A stretch of 64,000 nucleotides of DNA from the human T2T-CHM13v2.0 reference genome, Homo sapiens, in the NCBI RefSeq assembly GCF_009914755.1, contig NC_060925.1; one strand, given 5' to 3'. Position numbers and translations under genes: made by a program. Positions within the stretch are counted from its first letter, which is position 1, and each line of letters begins with the position of its first letter. Shown piece by piece: positions 28,017-41,143 of the stretch. A model generated the notes under the pieces. The model worked only from the letters and a program-made list of their open reading frames with translations, was not told the origin of the DNA and did not search any database.

Positions 28017-28153
28017 GGCTGGGTAGTGGTTCATGCCTGTAATCCCAGCACTTTGGGAGGCTGAGGCAGGAGGATCACTTGAGCTGGGGAGATAGAGGTT
28101 ACAGTGAACTATGGTAGTGCCACTGCACTCCCACTTGGGTGACAGAAAAAAAA
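28017..28153 (+). mobile_element. Alu monomer (FLAM-like) inside Tigger1
   Basis: Single Alu arm with a short A tail. Confidence 0.8.
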
Positions 28154-29250
28154 GCGGGGGTGGTGGTTGCTGAAGGTTTAGGTGGCTGCAGCAATTTCCT
28201 AAAATAAGACAACAAATGAAGTTGGCCACATCAGTTGACTTTTCCTTTCATGAAAGATTTCTCTGTAGAATGTGATGGTGTTTGATAGCATTGTACCCAT
28301 AGAACTTCTTACAAAATTGGAGTCAGTACTCTCAAACCCTGCCATTGCTTTATCAACAAAGTTTTGTAATATTCTAAATCCTTTGCTGTCATTTCAACAA
28401 TGTTTAGAGAATCTTTACCAGCAATAGATTCCATCTAAGGAAACCTTTTTTTTTTCTTATCCAAAAGAAACAACTCGTCATCCATTCAAGTTTTATTATA
28501 ATATTGCAGCAATTTAGTCACATCTTCAGGTGCCACTTCTAATTCTAGTTCTCTTGCTATTTCCATCACATCTTCAGGTGCTTCCTTCACTAAAGTCATG
28601 AAGTCATTCATAAGGCCTGGAATTAACTTCTTCCAAATTCCTATTATAATAAATTGACATTTTGACCTCCTCCCATGAATCACAAATGATCTTAATGGCA
28701 TCTAGAATGGTGAATCCTTTCCAGAAGGTTTTCAGTTTACTTTGCCATATCTATAAGAGGAATCACTGAAGCAGGTCTAGCCTTATGAAATATATTTCTC
28801 AAATAATAAGACTTGAAGTTTGAAATTATTCCTTGATCCATGGGCTGCAGAACAGATGTTGTATTAGCAGGCAAGAAGCAATATTAATCTCCTTGTAAAT
28901 GTCAATCAGGGCTCTTGGGTGACTAGGAACATTATTAATGAGCAGTAATATGAAATAAATCTCTTTTTTCCAGTCTCGACAGAGTCTCAATAGGGAGCTT
29001 AAAATATTCAGTAAACCATGCTTTAAATAGATGTGCTGTCATCAAGGATTTGTTGTTCCATTGACAGAGTAGAGGCCGAGTAGATTCAGCATAATTCTTA
29101 AGGGCTGTAGAATTTTCAGAATGGTCAGTGAGCATTGGCCTCAACTTAAAGTCACCAGTTGCATTATCCCCTAACAAGAGTCATTCTGTCCTTTGAAGCT
29201 TTGCAGCCAGGCAATGACTTCTCTTCTCTAGCTATGAAAGTCCTTAGATG

Positions 29251-29543
<293 letters not shown>

Positions 29544-29689
29544 TTAGATGACATCTTCTTTCAAAAGAAGGTGTTTTGTCTACATTGAAAATCTGTTGTT
29601 TAGCGTAGTCACTTTCATCATCTTAGCAAGATTTTCTGCATAATCTGTTGCAGCTTCTGCCTTAGCACTTGCTGCTTCACTCTACACTT

Positions 29690-30062
29690 TGTATTAGTCC
29701 ATTTTCATACTCCTATAAAGAACTGCCTGAGACTGGGTAATTTATAAAGAAAGAGGTTTAATTGACTTACAGTTCAGCTTGGCTGAGGAGGCCTCAGGAA
29801 ACTTACAATCATGGCGGAATGCAAAGGGGAAGCAAGGCACCTTCTTCACAAGGCAGCAGGAAAGAGAAATGCCGAGCAAAGGGGGAAGAGCCCCTTATAA
29901 AACCGTCAGATCTCATGACAACTCAATATCACAAGAACAGAAGGGGGGAAATCACCCCATAATCCAATTACCTTCACCTGATCTCTCCCTTGATACATGG
30001 GGATTATGAGGATTATAATTCAAGACCAGATTTGTGTGGAGACACAAAGCCTAACCATAACA
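29690..30062 (-). mobile_element. MSTA-like solo LTR inside Tigger1, TSD CACTT
   Basis: TGTATTAGTCC...AACCATAACA flanked by CACTT. Confidence 0.9.
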
Positions 30063-30945
30063 CACTTGTATGTTATAAAGATGGCTTCTTTCCTTAAGCC
30101 TCACAAACCAACCTCTGCTAGCTTCAAACTTTTCTTCTTCCTCCTGTCTGTCAGCCTTCATATAATTAAAGAGAGCGAGTGCCTTGCTCTGGATTAGGCT
30201 TTGGTTTAAGAAAATGTTGTGGCTGATTTGATCTATCCAGACCACTCAAACTTTCTCCATATCAGCAATATGGCTGTTCTGCTTTCTTATCATTTGTGTG
30301 TTCACTGGACAAGCACTTTTAATTTCCTCCAAGAACTTTTCCTTTGCATTCACAAATTGGCTGTCTGGCACAAGAGGCCTAGCTTTTGGCCTATCTTAGC
30401 TTTTGATATGCTTTTCTCACTAAGTTTAATCATTTCTAGTTTTTATTTTAAGTGAGACATTTGACTCTTTCTTTCACTTGAAGGCTTGGAGGACATTATA
30501 TGGTTATTAATTGGCCTAATTCAAATATTGCTGTGTCTCAGGAAATAGGGAGGCCCAAGGAGAGGGAGAGAGATGGGAAAATGGCTGGTCAATGAAGCAG
30601 TTAGAACACACTCAATATTTACTTATTAAGTTTGTTCTCTTATATGGGTGGTTCTTGGTGCCCCAAAACAATTATAATAGTAACATCAAAGATTACTGAT
30701 TGCAGATCACCATAATAGATATATAATTAAAAAGTTTAAAATATTGAGAGAATTACCAAAATGTGACAAAGACACAAATTGAGCACATGCCACTGTTAAC
30801 AATGGCACTGACAGACTTGCTCAATGTGGGGTTGCCACATACCTTTAATTTGTCAAAAATGCAGTATCTGCAAATCATAATGAAGTGAAGTGCAATAAAA
30901 CAAGATATGTGAAGTGCAATAAAACAAGATATGCTTATATATAAT

Positions 30946-31312
30946 TGATATGGTTTGGCTTTGTGTCTCCACTCAAATCTCATCTTGAACTGTAATCCCC
31001 GGGTGTTGAGGGAGGGACCTGGTGGGAGGTGGCTGGATCACGGGGGTGGTTTCCTCCATGCTGTTCTCATGATAGTGAGTGAGTTCTCATGAGATCTGAT
31101 GGTTTTATAAGGGGCTCTTCCCCCTTGGCTTCCTTCACTTGCTCTCTCACCTGCTGCCATGTAAGACATGCCTGCTTCCTCTTCCACCATGATTGTAAGT
31201 TTCCAGAGGCCTCCCCAGCCATGCTGAACTGCGAGTCAACTAAACTGCTTTTCTTTATAAATTACTCAGTCTTGGGCAGTTCTTTATAGCAGTGTGAGAA
31301 CGGACTAATACA
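30946..31312 (+). mobile_element. MSTA-like solo LTR, TSD ATAAT
   Basis: TGATATGGTTTGG...GGACTAATACA flanked by ATAAT. Confidence 0.92.
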
Positions 31313-32942
31313 ATAATTATGTGGGACAGATAGTAGTTATATGTAATGGGAGACTAAATAAAAGAAAGATCTGTATGAAGTGAAGTGGAAACTAAAGGAC
31401 TGGTGAAAGAAGTGGTAGCTGAACTAAATTTGGCTAGGTTGAAAAGAGGGCAAAGGGAATCCTAAATGGAAAAGGAGCAAGGCGCACAGGGTAGAAGTAA
31501 GCTACTGAAAACGACAGTGATATGAACCAGGATTGTTTAAGGAAACTAGCCTGATTAAAGCAGAGAATACATTTTAAACAGTACTGGATGATTAGGTTAG
31601 ATAAAAAAGGTAGATTGTGATGATGTGAAAAATGGATTAGTAGACAGGAATCTGGACTCCAGCAGATATAAGAGCATTATATTTTCGCACACAGGGAAGA
31701 ATCCAAAGTGAAAACATTATTTTGTACTGGTAAGTAATCTGTCCTAACTTTTGGTTGTGAAAACACAGGGTCTGACAAGTGCATGTATTCAATGAATTCT
31801 GGTTGATGGCATGATGGCTATTGTATTTGTAATCCACACAAAACCTCTGCAATACCTGCCAAGTCTGATTTATCTTGAGATTAGAATCTTAGTTTAAACT
31901 TCTACTTTCTACTTAGCTAATCACCTGCATGGTTTACCATTCTACTTTCTGTCTTTCAACCTAAAATAAAAATATAACAGGGTGAAATAAAATGTACTAA
32001 TTCCCCATATAACGTTACACCTGAGCTGTGGTAAGGGGATAAACAGTGACTTCAGATAAATAGTTCAATATCAATTGGGGTAGAAATGTCTCTTAACACA
32101 ACATAGTCTGGTTTATTCTAAAGAAATAATGTCAAAATTATGTTATTATAAATTCCTCATGCAGAAAAATAGTTATTTTCTTTAAAAAAAATTAATCCTC
32201 AGGGTAGAATATGTGGTTAAATGTGTTTTGTTTTAGTTAATACTAACTCTAGGAGAAAATCTTCAGAAAAGCCCTAGCCAATGAACAGAACTAGAGGCAA
32301 CTGCAATCAACAAATCACTAAGCTGTGAAATATTTAACACAAAGGAAGAAAACTGAGAGAGAACTTTATTCTCTCTTTGGAGTGATAGGAGATTCTAGGA
32401 AAGAAAGGGATGGGAGAGACCCTAGAGGCTTCCAGAGGAATAAAATAGAGTCAGGAATGAGACAATACATATGTAGGGCATCTCTGAAGGCCTAGAAGGT
32501 CTGTGTAAGACTGCCAACCCACCCAAAGGCTTATGGAGGGAGAGAGACACATAATCCCTTGAACAACAAAGCATAGCAAAGAAATTCAAAGTATCCAACC
32601 AACTAAACCCTTCCCCACAGAACTGAGGAACCCTTCATAGGTCTATATCTTTTGTGTTGTACTGTAGGGAAGTGGTAGAATAGTAGGTATCTAAGGATAC
32701 AATCCTTTCTAGAAGGATTCAGGGATAAAATCTGTAGAACATAAAAAGGGTCTGCTGCACAGGTTACAAAAATTAACACTGCCTCCACCAGTGTAAGCGT
32801 TTGAGATTAGGAAGCACAGTAGAGGAGCTAGGGACAGAGCTTCTAACATTAATTACTTGGGTTCAACTTTTGTCTTCCTGGTTTCCTAGATATGTGACCT
32901 TGAGCTAGTTGTTCCAGTTTTCTTTAAAGTAAATAAGATATA

Positions 32943-32967
32943 TGTGTGTGTGTGTGTGTGTGTGTGT
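32943..32967. repeat. (TG)n microsatellite within a MIR-like relic
   Basis: About 12 TG units. Confidence 0.9.
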
Positions 32968-33574
32968 TTATAAATGGAATAGGAAGAGAAACTACTTCAT
33001 GCAGTTGTTGTGATAATTAAATGAGGTAATACATGGAGAACACCTGGCATCTGGTACATCTTCTGCAAATATGCACTATCACTATTATAAAATATTGTAT
33101 AAAGGTGTATAAATGGAAATTATCTTAATGGATTGTCCTAGGAACAATATTCAGGTAATAATTTTGAATATATATGGTCAAACTGTGTTTACCAGGTTGA
33201 ATTTGCTTAATAAAGAGTAAAGAAAAACTGGCAGCTGATTTTTCCAAAGACTAAAGATGAAATGAGATAATATTACTTGGTACTTATATAGAAATGCATA
33301 GACTTAGACCCCTTTTTGAGAAAACAGGATTTGAAAAAGATATAGAGAACTTAGAAGTGATTTTCTCCTAAGGGTCCATATTAGAAAATGTACTCTAGAC
33401 AATATAAATCACTATCATAAAGAATTCATGAGAATGATAACATGGCACCAGAACTGTGACAAAACACCAACAAAACAAAACAACAACAACAACAACAAAA
33501 AAAACCTACTTATCCCCAAATTTTTCTGATTTATGATAGTTATTATGAGTTTCATTTTTTAAAAATTCCCCTTC

Positions 33575-33931
33575 TGCTATGGCATGAATATTTGTGTCTC
33601 CCCAAAATTCATATTTTGAAATTCCAACTCCCAAGGTGATATTAGGAGGTGGGGCCTCTGAGAAATGATTAATTCATGACAGGGGAGCCTTCATGAATGG
33701 GACTAGTGCCCTTAAAAAAGAGGTCCAACAAAGCTCATTCATGCCTTCCATTATGCGAGGGCACAGCTAGAAGATGCCATGTATGAACCAGAAAGCAAGC
33801 CCTCACCAGACATCAAAGCTGCCAGGGCCTTGATCTTTCCAGCCTCCAGAACTGTGAGAAATACATTTCTGTTGCTTTTAAGGTACCCAGTTTGTGGCAG
33901 CTTGTTACAGAAGCCTGAACGAACTAAGACA
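33575..33931 (+). mobile_element. MLT1A/MSTD-like MaLR LTR
   Basis: TGCTATGG...CCCCAAAATTCAT...GAACTAAGACA with CCTTC-like flanks. Confidence 0.8.
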
Positions 33932-34205
33932 CCCTTCTAAAATGTGTTATAACTAACTAATTAAAAATTAGAGTACAATCACTGCTCGGGTGACAGATGT
34001 ACTAATATCTCAGAAATCACTAATAAAGTATTCAATCATGTAACCAAAAGGACCTGTGCCCCAAAAACTATTCAAATAAAATTAGACTACATTAAGATCA
34101 GTATTTTTCCTGAGAATCTCATTAACTCATTTGAAATAACTGAAAAATAGCACTGGATATTGTAATACTAATATTGAAAATATACAGAATATAAAAATTG
34201 AAGTT

Positions 34206-34334
34206 AGGCCGGGTATGTTGGCTCATTCCTGTAATTCCAGCACTTTGGGAGGCCAAGACAGTAGGACTGCCTGAGGCCAGGAGTTCGAGATCAGCCTGGC
34301 CAACATAGTGAGACCCCATCTCTACAAAAGAAAA
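34206..34334 (+). mobile_element. Alu left monomer (FLAM_C-like)
   Basis: GGCCGGGTATGTTGGCTCATTCCTGTAATTCCAGC...CATCTCTACAAAA. Confidence 0.8.
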
Positions 34335-35819
34335 CTGAATTTTAAAAAGTCACATTGACCAAAAAATTTTAAGAATATCTAATTTGTTTCAGCTGATAAT
34401 TCCTAAGGTTCTCTATACTAACTATATTAAAATAATAGAGCTTGCTGTGAAAGTTGGGGAAATGATACTAGAGAGGTTAGAGTTTAATATAGCAACTTTT
34501 TGCTTCCTTGGATCTTGTTTAGAGCTCATCACAAATTAGCAAAGAATAGGTACTTTATAGTTCCAAACTAAGAATTCCATGCGAGTCCTTAACAAAGATA
34601 CTGTATTGCAAATGTACAGCTCAGTTCTGAAATCCACTAATAAAGATGAACACAGCTGAGAAGTCAAGTGGATTAACAGGCTTGTAATGATGAAAGGGTA
34701 ATAAAAAGCAGATAGCTATTTTGAATTCAATGCTATTTTTCTTCTTAACCCTGGGCTCTAAACATGTATTCTAATGCCAATAAATTTAGAATCTAATTTT
34801 TTTCATCCAGAACATTGTGTTCAATGTTTATCACTCTAATTTACTTTTATGAATGAAAATGAAATAAAACTTTCAAACTATGTAAGGTTAACACTAATGC
34901 AACAGCGCCACCCAGTGAATATGCTGTATATTCAAAAGTGTTACTAGAATTTACCATTTTCTTTAAATACTAGCGTACTTTCAAAATATCTATGGCCTCA
35001 ACCATTTATATAAAATTATACACTACAATACTAACTCAAAAATATATAAAAGCATTACGCATTTTTACTTACCCATTTATAACTACAGTTAAGATGTGCT
35101 TTCTGATATTTGTGATTAAAGGGTTTTGCATATTAAATGCTACCTATGTCAGCAAGCTAGAAATGTTGGCTGATAGGAGAGACGTATCATTATTTCCTCT
35201 CATATGAAACATTAGGCAGGTATAAAACAATGACACTTGTTTGCTTTTGCAGATTTTGTATATATCGCATAATACAGTACATAGTTTCAAAGATTTTGTC
35301 TCATGCCCTTAATATAAAATGTGTGTTCATAATTTCACTTCATCTTGCTATTACTATTCATAATTCATATAAGTGAATTGAATGATGGCATCAATAATAC
35401 AACCATAGAATTTGTAAACCAATCAATAACGTAATGTGGTGCTTGAGCACAGGAGTTTGAGGCTGCAGTAAGCTATGATGACACCAGCCTGGGCAACACA
35501 GTGAGACCCTATCTCAAAAAAAAAAAAGCTAATATGATATAATATCAGATAGCATTTTAATATTCCACTCTATAGTGACTAGAACATAGTTGGAATATTG
35601 CTTTCGGTATTAAGTCCACAAAAATCTAATAGAACACTTTTTATGTCATCTTTTTATTTCTCAGGAAATAGAAATACATTGGAGGAAAAGGCAAAAAGAA
35701 CTAAAATATATTCAACAAAAAGAAAATTTCTTTTTCACTCTGACCTGCTAGTTTCCCTCCTCAGAGGCTACTACTATTACATTGTTAGACGCATCATGTC
35801 TCAAAAGGAGTTCAGTTCA

Positions 35820-37800
35820 ACAACAAATACTAATTGAGTGTGCAGTTTGTACCAGGCATGGTGTTAGGTGTTGGAGCATCAAAGGTCATTAAGAACCAGC
35901 CCTGTGTAATAGTGGAGACAGGCACAAAACAGATCATTTCAATATAACATAAACTTTTTTTTTGTAAGTATGCGAAGAATCCATCTCAGACCTCTCTTTT
36001 TGAGTTTCAGAATCATTCATCCAATTGCCATGTATCTGGACATTGTCATGTGTATGTTTCACAGGCATGTTGAGCTAGACATGTTTAAAACTGAATCACC
36101 AGTTACCTCCCAAGTGAGTCTGCCTCTGTGTTACCTAAATCAGAGACTGGCATCCCATTTATCTGGGTACTCAAGCCAGAAAATTTCACTCGTACTTATC
36201 AAGCATCTCCAGCGTATAAAGATTTGTGCTAAGCTGTGGATACATGACAGCAAATAGGGTAGTCCCTGTCTTCACCAAAGCTTGTTTAAGAAACTCTATC
36301 CTTGATTTCTCCCACTTCTGCCCTCACAATTCAGTCACCAAGTTTTGCCACTTCTACTTCCTAAAATTCTTCTGAGATCTATTTCTATCCACACTGGCAA
36401 TGCCCCAGTATAAACTGCCATCTTTCTTTCCCTGGATTACTACAATTATCTCCTAACTGGTTTCCTTCTTGCTGGTATTGCTGCCCTTTGAGTTCTTTTT
36501 CTCAGAGTAGCGATTCATCATCTAAATACTAACCTAATCATGTTGAAACCATTCAAAGTTACTATTAGCCTTAAGAAGGAGTCCAAACTTTGTGACATCA
36601 TCACTAATGTTCTTCATGATCTGGTCCCTGTTTACCTCTCCACCCCTGTCTAGAATCTCTCAGTTCCTAGACTGTGTTCTTCTTCATAAACATTGTTAGC
36701 CTCTATCTAGAATACTTGTTTTTTACCCTTTCAATTCCTAGCTATTATCAAGCATGGAGCCAATAAGACTGAACTGCCTTTTTTTTTTTCTTTTTTCCCT
36801 ATGAGAATGTAAACTCTGTCAGGAAATTATTAGATTGGTTATTGCCATATTTGCTTGTTCATTATTATATTTCTAGTATCTAGCTCAGTGTCTGGCACAA
36901 AATAAGGGTTCAATGAATATTTTCTGAATGAACCCACAAATGTCAAGAAAGCAGAGAGAAAAGTCAACTAACTCAGACTATGGAACAAGGAAAGGCTTCT
37001 TGCAAGAGCCCTAAAAAATTAGTAAGGATAAGGAAGAGTCAGCCAAAGAAAATAAAGATAGTCCAGACAAAGTCAACAAGAATGCAAAAGGTCTCAGGTG
37101 TAAAGCAGCCTCATGAATGCGAAGTGGGTAGGATGGGAGATGGTACTGGAAAGGGAAACAAGACTGGGAAGGAAAACAGTGGCAAGATAATGAAGACCCT
37201 AGCACACCAGGCCATGGAGTTGGACTATCTTGAAGGTGACTGCAGAGGAAGATTAGAAATTTAAGGAGGCAAGTGAAATAGATTTACATTTGAGACTGGT
37301 CATTCTGGCTGCTACTTACAAGATGGATTTGGCGGTGTAGGTGGGGGTGGTAGTAGTTATGGCTGAAAGCAGTGAGATGAGATAGAATTGGGAGTACAAA
37401 TGAAAGCAAAGGACAAATTAGAGTTTGAAGGGCTCGTGAGCCTCCCGAAAGTCGGAACTTCAAGGAACAGGTCAGGAATAGCAGTAGTTTTAGAATCCAT
37501 GAGCAAATAGGTTAAAACAATGAGTGGACAGTGCTCACAGGGAAGATACAGACAGAAAACAACTCAAGGTTGGAACTTTGGGAAATACTATTTAATGGGT
37601 AGGCAGAGAAAAAAAGACCCCCAAGAAGCATGAGACAGGTAGAAAAAGATGGGAGAAATGCAAAACGAGTTTCAAGGAGGGTTTGATCAATGATACCAAA
37701 TGCAAAAGAGAGGTCTAGAACAAGAAACAGTGGTCATACATTGGTGGAGGAAGTACATTTCATTTTCTGAGACAGACAAATAAGACAGGTGGATATATGT
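35820..37800. mobile_element. Cluster of L2 fragments in both orientations
   Basis: L2-type motifs such as CCTGGATTACTACAA..CTCCTAACTGG and CAGTGTCTGGCACA..ATAA..TCAATGAATATT..TGAATGAA. Boundaries are rough. Confidence 0.55.
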
Positions 37801-39204
37801 GGCATTGACAGAAGTGGAGAGGGAGGAAGTTATATATTGTATGATGGCTTTAATTTTCTCAATTAACTGGGAAAAAAGTACTGGGATTGTGTGTGGCCCC
37901 TATGGAATCTCTATTCATAAGAATGGGTGCCTGATGGGAAGTAGAGTGTAGGATCCAGTCTTAGTATTTCACCTATTCCTACCACATTAGACCAAGTGAA
38001 TCAACTTTTTGTCCCTATTGATCTGTTAAAGTAGAAATAACAATTTGGAAACCCTGTCACTTAAAAAAAGAGATTTGTTTAAAGCACTAGATATCACAGC
38101 ATCACCACTTGCATTAAAGTCCTAGCTGCAGGCTGCCATGGTCTCTTTGGAACACCCCCATCTTGTCACTCAAAGGTCCACTCAGTCCTGATAGGTCTGT
38201 CATCCAGAATTTAAAGTGCAGTCTAGAAAAGGAACATGAAATTAAAATTAGAAAGGCAATAGACACAACAAATTGCAGATGCATACGAATGTGTTATGTG
38301 CTTGAAACACACCTTTAAGACCACTCTGGTCACTTTCTATTAAAGAGAGGAATTTAGGTTGGGAAGAGGAATGAAGAAAGGGTAAAGTTTGTGAGAAATC
38401 ACTGAAAGTTACAGGACAGGGAAATTACTGATGATAAATTAAAGGATTGTCAGGAATCAGGGAAAGAGCTGAAGATGGAGACTGACAATCTGTCATATAT
38501 CACTTTGTGTCATTTTCTCCAGTGTTTCCAGCTAAGAATTTATAGACAAGATGCACGGATAAGATTTTGACAGGCACCTGGGTCAGAGGCATCAGACACA
38601 GGAAGTTTGGATGCTGATAAACCATGCAGTCTAGGCTGTGAAGGGAGGTATTAGCAGGAGGGCTGTCAGGGAAAATGAAATAGTAGGGCAAATGTAGCAC
38701 ATGTGAGGGTACAAAATTATGATGCTACAATCAGAAAGAATACTAAAGTTTTCTGCAATAGTCTGTGTTTTTATGGGTGATAACAAAACTCTTAGACTAA
38801 TGTCTAGGTTGAGAATTCTGATGTTCCACCTTCTACCTTACACTGACCAGTATCAGGCAACTAAAAGTTTTAAAAAGTCAGATTTAACCTTCTAATTAAG
38901 GTAATTTGAATAAACACTCATTTTTTAAATAAATAATTTACTTCTAATATAACTCAATTTATCACATCAATAGTAATATTAACCCCCAAATAAACAATAT
39001 TTATTGTTGATATAACAAAATGGTTGTCTTGCTCTTTTCTTCCTTTGCCTCATTTTTCTCTTTCTCCATGGTCCATTCTAATCTTGGCTTTCACATAAAT
39101 CGCTTGGTTTTTTTTCTAGATTCTCAACAACAATTTAGACATTTGTTGAGCACTTGCCACTTGCAAGGTATTTTCCTAGGGACCATGTATAAATAATAAT
39201 AGTC

Positions 39205-39450
39205 AAAATAACAGCTAATACTTTTCAAGTACTCACAATTTTGCCAGGCACTTAATTAAGCACTCTACAGGAACTAATTCACTTAATCTTCATGATACCG
39301 TATAAAGCAGATAGAACTGTCACCCTATTTTAAAGATGCAGAAACGAGCTCAGTTAGGTTAAATAGCTCGCCTAAGTCCACCTAGGTAGTAAATGGTGTG
39401 ATCAGGGATTTCAATCCAACTCCCTTTGACCGTAGAGATGTGCTCTCAGT
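39205..39450 (-). mobile_element. MIR-like SINE relic
   Basis: TTTAAAGATGCAGAAAC..GCTCAG..AGGTTAAATAGCTCGCCTAAGTCCAC core. Confidence 0.6.
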
Positions 39451-40552
39451 CACTACGCTATGGTTCCCTTCCCTGCCTCTAAGGACATATAATTTGGTGG
39501 AAATTATGCATGTATCAGTAATCAATTTGATTTGGCAAGTGTCAATGAGACAGGTCTCTTTTTTCTGCTTTCCTCACTGACTCTAATATTTTTTTAAAAT
39601 CTATTTTCTTAATCTCCTTTTGGGTCTTACTAGATTCCGACTTTGAGACTTACATCAGTAAATAGACATTGAAAGGAAAGACAAAAGCCCTGAACTAATG
39701 ATATGAAATGTATTTTTATTTAGAATTGGTATAGACTTCACTATCAATAGGTTTAGTTCTTCAGGACAGGACAAAGCAGCGGAATTTGTGTCTACATTCA
39801 ATACAACCTTTCTAGCACTTTTTTCACATAATTCAGTTCAGGTTCCCCATCCAACACACGACTGTCACCAGATGATGCTCTACTCTGTGACCAGATACAA
39901 GTCCTATTACGTCTTCTCCTGTCCCAAACCTCAATAAAACTTAATGGCTTTCTCCCCTGACAACCAGGCCTGCCATGGCTTCCTAACTTGTGTTAAATGC
40001 AGTGTTTCCACTCTTGCCAAAACAAACAAACAAAATACCATGTAAAAAAATACAGATTTCAGGGCCCCTTATCTGAAGAATGCAACTCACTCAGGAATGT
40101 GCAAATTTGGGGAACAGTTCAGAGGTGAAAAGCACTGATCGAAGAGGGAGAAGCTAAAATCAGGAGACCTGGTTTCTACTTTACAGTCCCACTTACTGTA
40201 TAACTTCTAACAAATCACTTCTCTCTGAGTCCAGTTTTCATATCGGTAAAAGCGAGAGGATTTGACCAGATGAACTGTTATGTTCCTTCCACCTCTTGAA
40301 GTCGTGCTTATGAGCACAGAGTCAGAGGATGTGTGTTCATATCCCAGCTATGCTACTTGTGAACTACTGTGCGCAGAGAACTGCATTCTCTGATTCAGAG
40401 CCCTCACCTGAGGGGATGATAGTATCTCTCCACTATCCCTTTTCTCCCCTTTAATGAAGTCTAAATGAGATGATGCTTATAAGCATCTAACAAAACCCGG
40501 CACATAATCAATGTTCAACAAGTTATTATTACTCTGGAATTCTATAAATTAC

Positions 40553-40720
40553 CTCTGTACTTCCTCCCTTGTCACCCTGAACTTAGTGAAGTTTCCTTCA
40601 CTTGGTTTTGCTCTTCAACTCGGACCCCGAAAACGCTCTAAACGCTGGCGGAAGTCACGCAGAGATGGGCTAGACGCTCAACCCCGGTCTCTTCCCCGAA
40701 ACCGCGGTGCTCCCACTTCC
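40553..40720 (-). other. RGS5: Putative first non-coding exon of a divergent transcript (distal RGS5 isoform); TSS approximate
   Basis: Minus-strand donor GAG|GTAATT (GT at 40552-40551) at the CpG island edge; no ATG in the exon. The gene identity comes from my recollection that RGS5 has a long isoform head-to-head with NUF2. Confidence 0.6.
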
Positions 40721-40864
40721 TGCAGTCCGAGGTTCCGACTCGACGCCAGCTCCGCGAGCAATGGTTCCGCCCTGCGCCCTGCCCCTTCCATGACAACTCC
40801 AGTCCCACCTGCCTGGCGTCTCTTGAGCCCAACCGGCATCCGTCGCGGTTGGACGTGGGCTTGG

Positions 40865-41143
40865 CGGAATGGGGCGGGACTTCCAGTAGGAGGCGGCAAG
40901 TTTGAAAAGTGATGACGGTTGACGTTTGCTGATTTTTGACTTTGCTTGTAGCTGCTCCCCGAACTCGCCGTCTTCCTGTCGGCGGCCGGCACTGTAGGTG
41001 AGCGCGAGAGGACGGAGGAAGGAAGCCTGCAGACAGACGCCTTCTCCATCCCAAGGCGCGGGCAGGTGCCGGGACGCTGGGCCTGGCGGTGTTTTCGTCG
41101 TGCTCAGCGGTGGGAGGAGGCGGAAGAAACCAGAGCCTGGGAG
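40865..41143 (+). other. NUF2: NUF2 exon 1 (5' UTR) with alternative donors after 40997 and 41143; TSS approximate
   Basis: Donors TAG|GTGAGC (GT at 40998) and GAG|GTGAGG (GT at 41144). Either can splice to the exon 2 acceptor at 44971. The start site cannot be fixed from sequence alone. Confidence 0.75.
40892..40906 (+). promoter_or_regulatory. CDE/CHR tandem element (DREAM/MMB-FOXM1 G2/M control)
   Basis: GGCGG (40892-40896), 4-nt spacer CAAG, then TTTGAA (40901-40906). This is the canonical CDE-4nt-CHR spacing, found at the start of a known G2/M gene. Confidence 0.85.
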
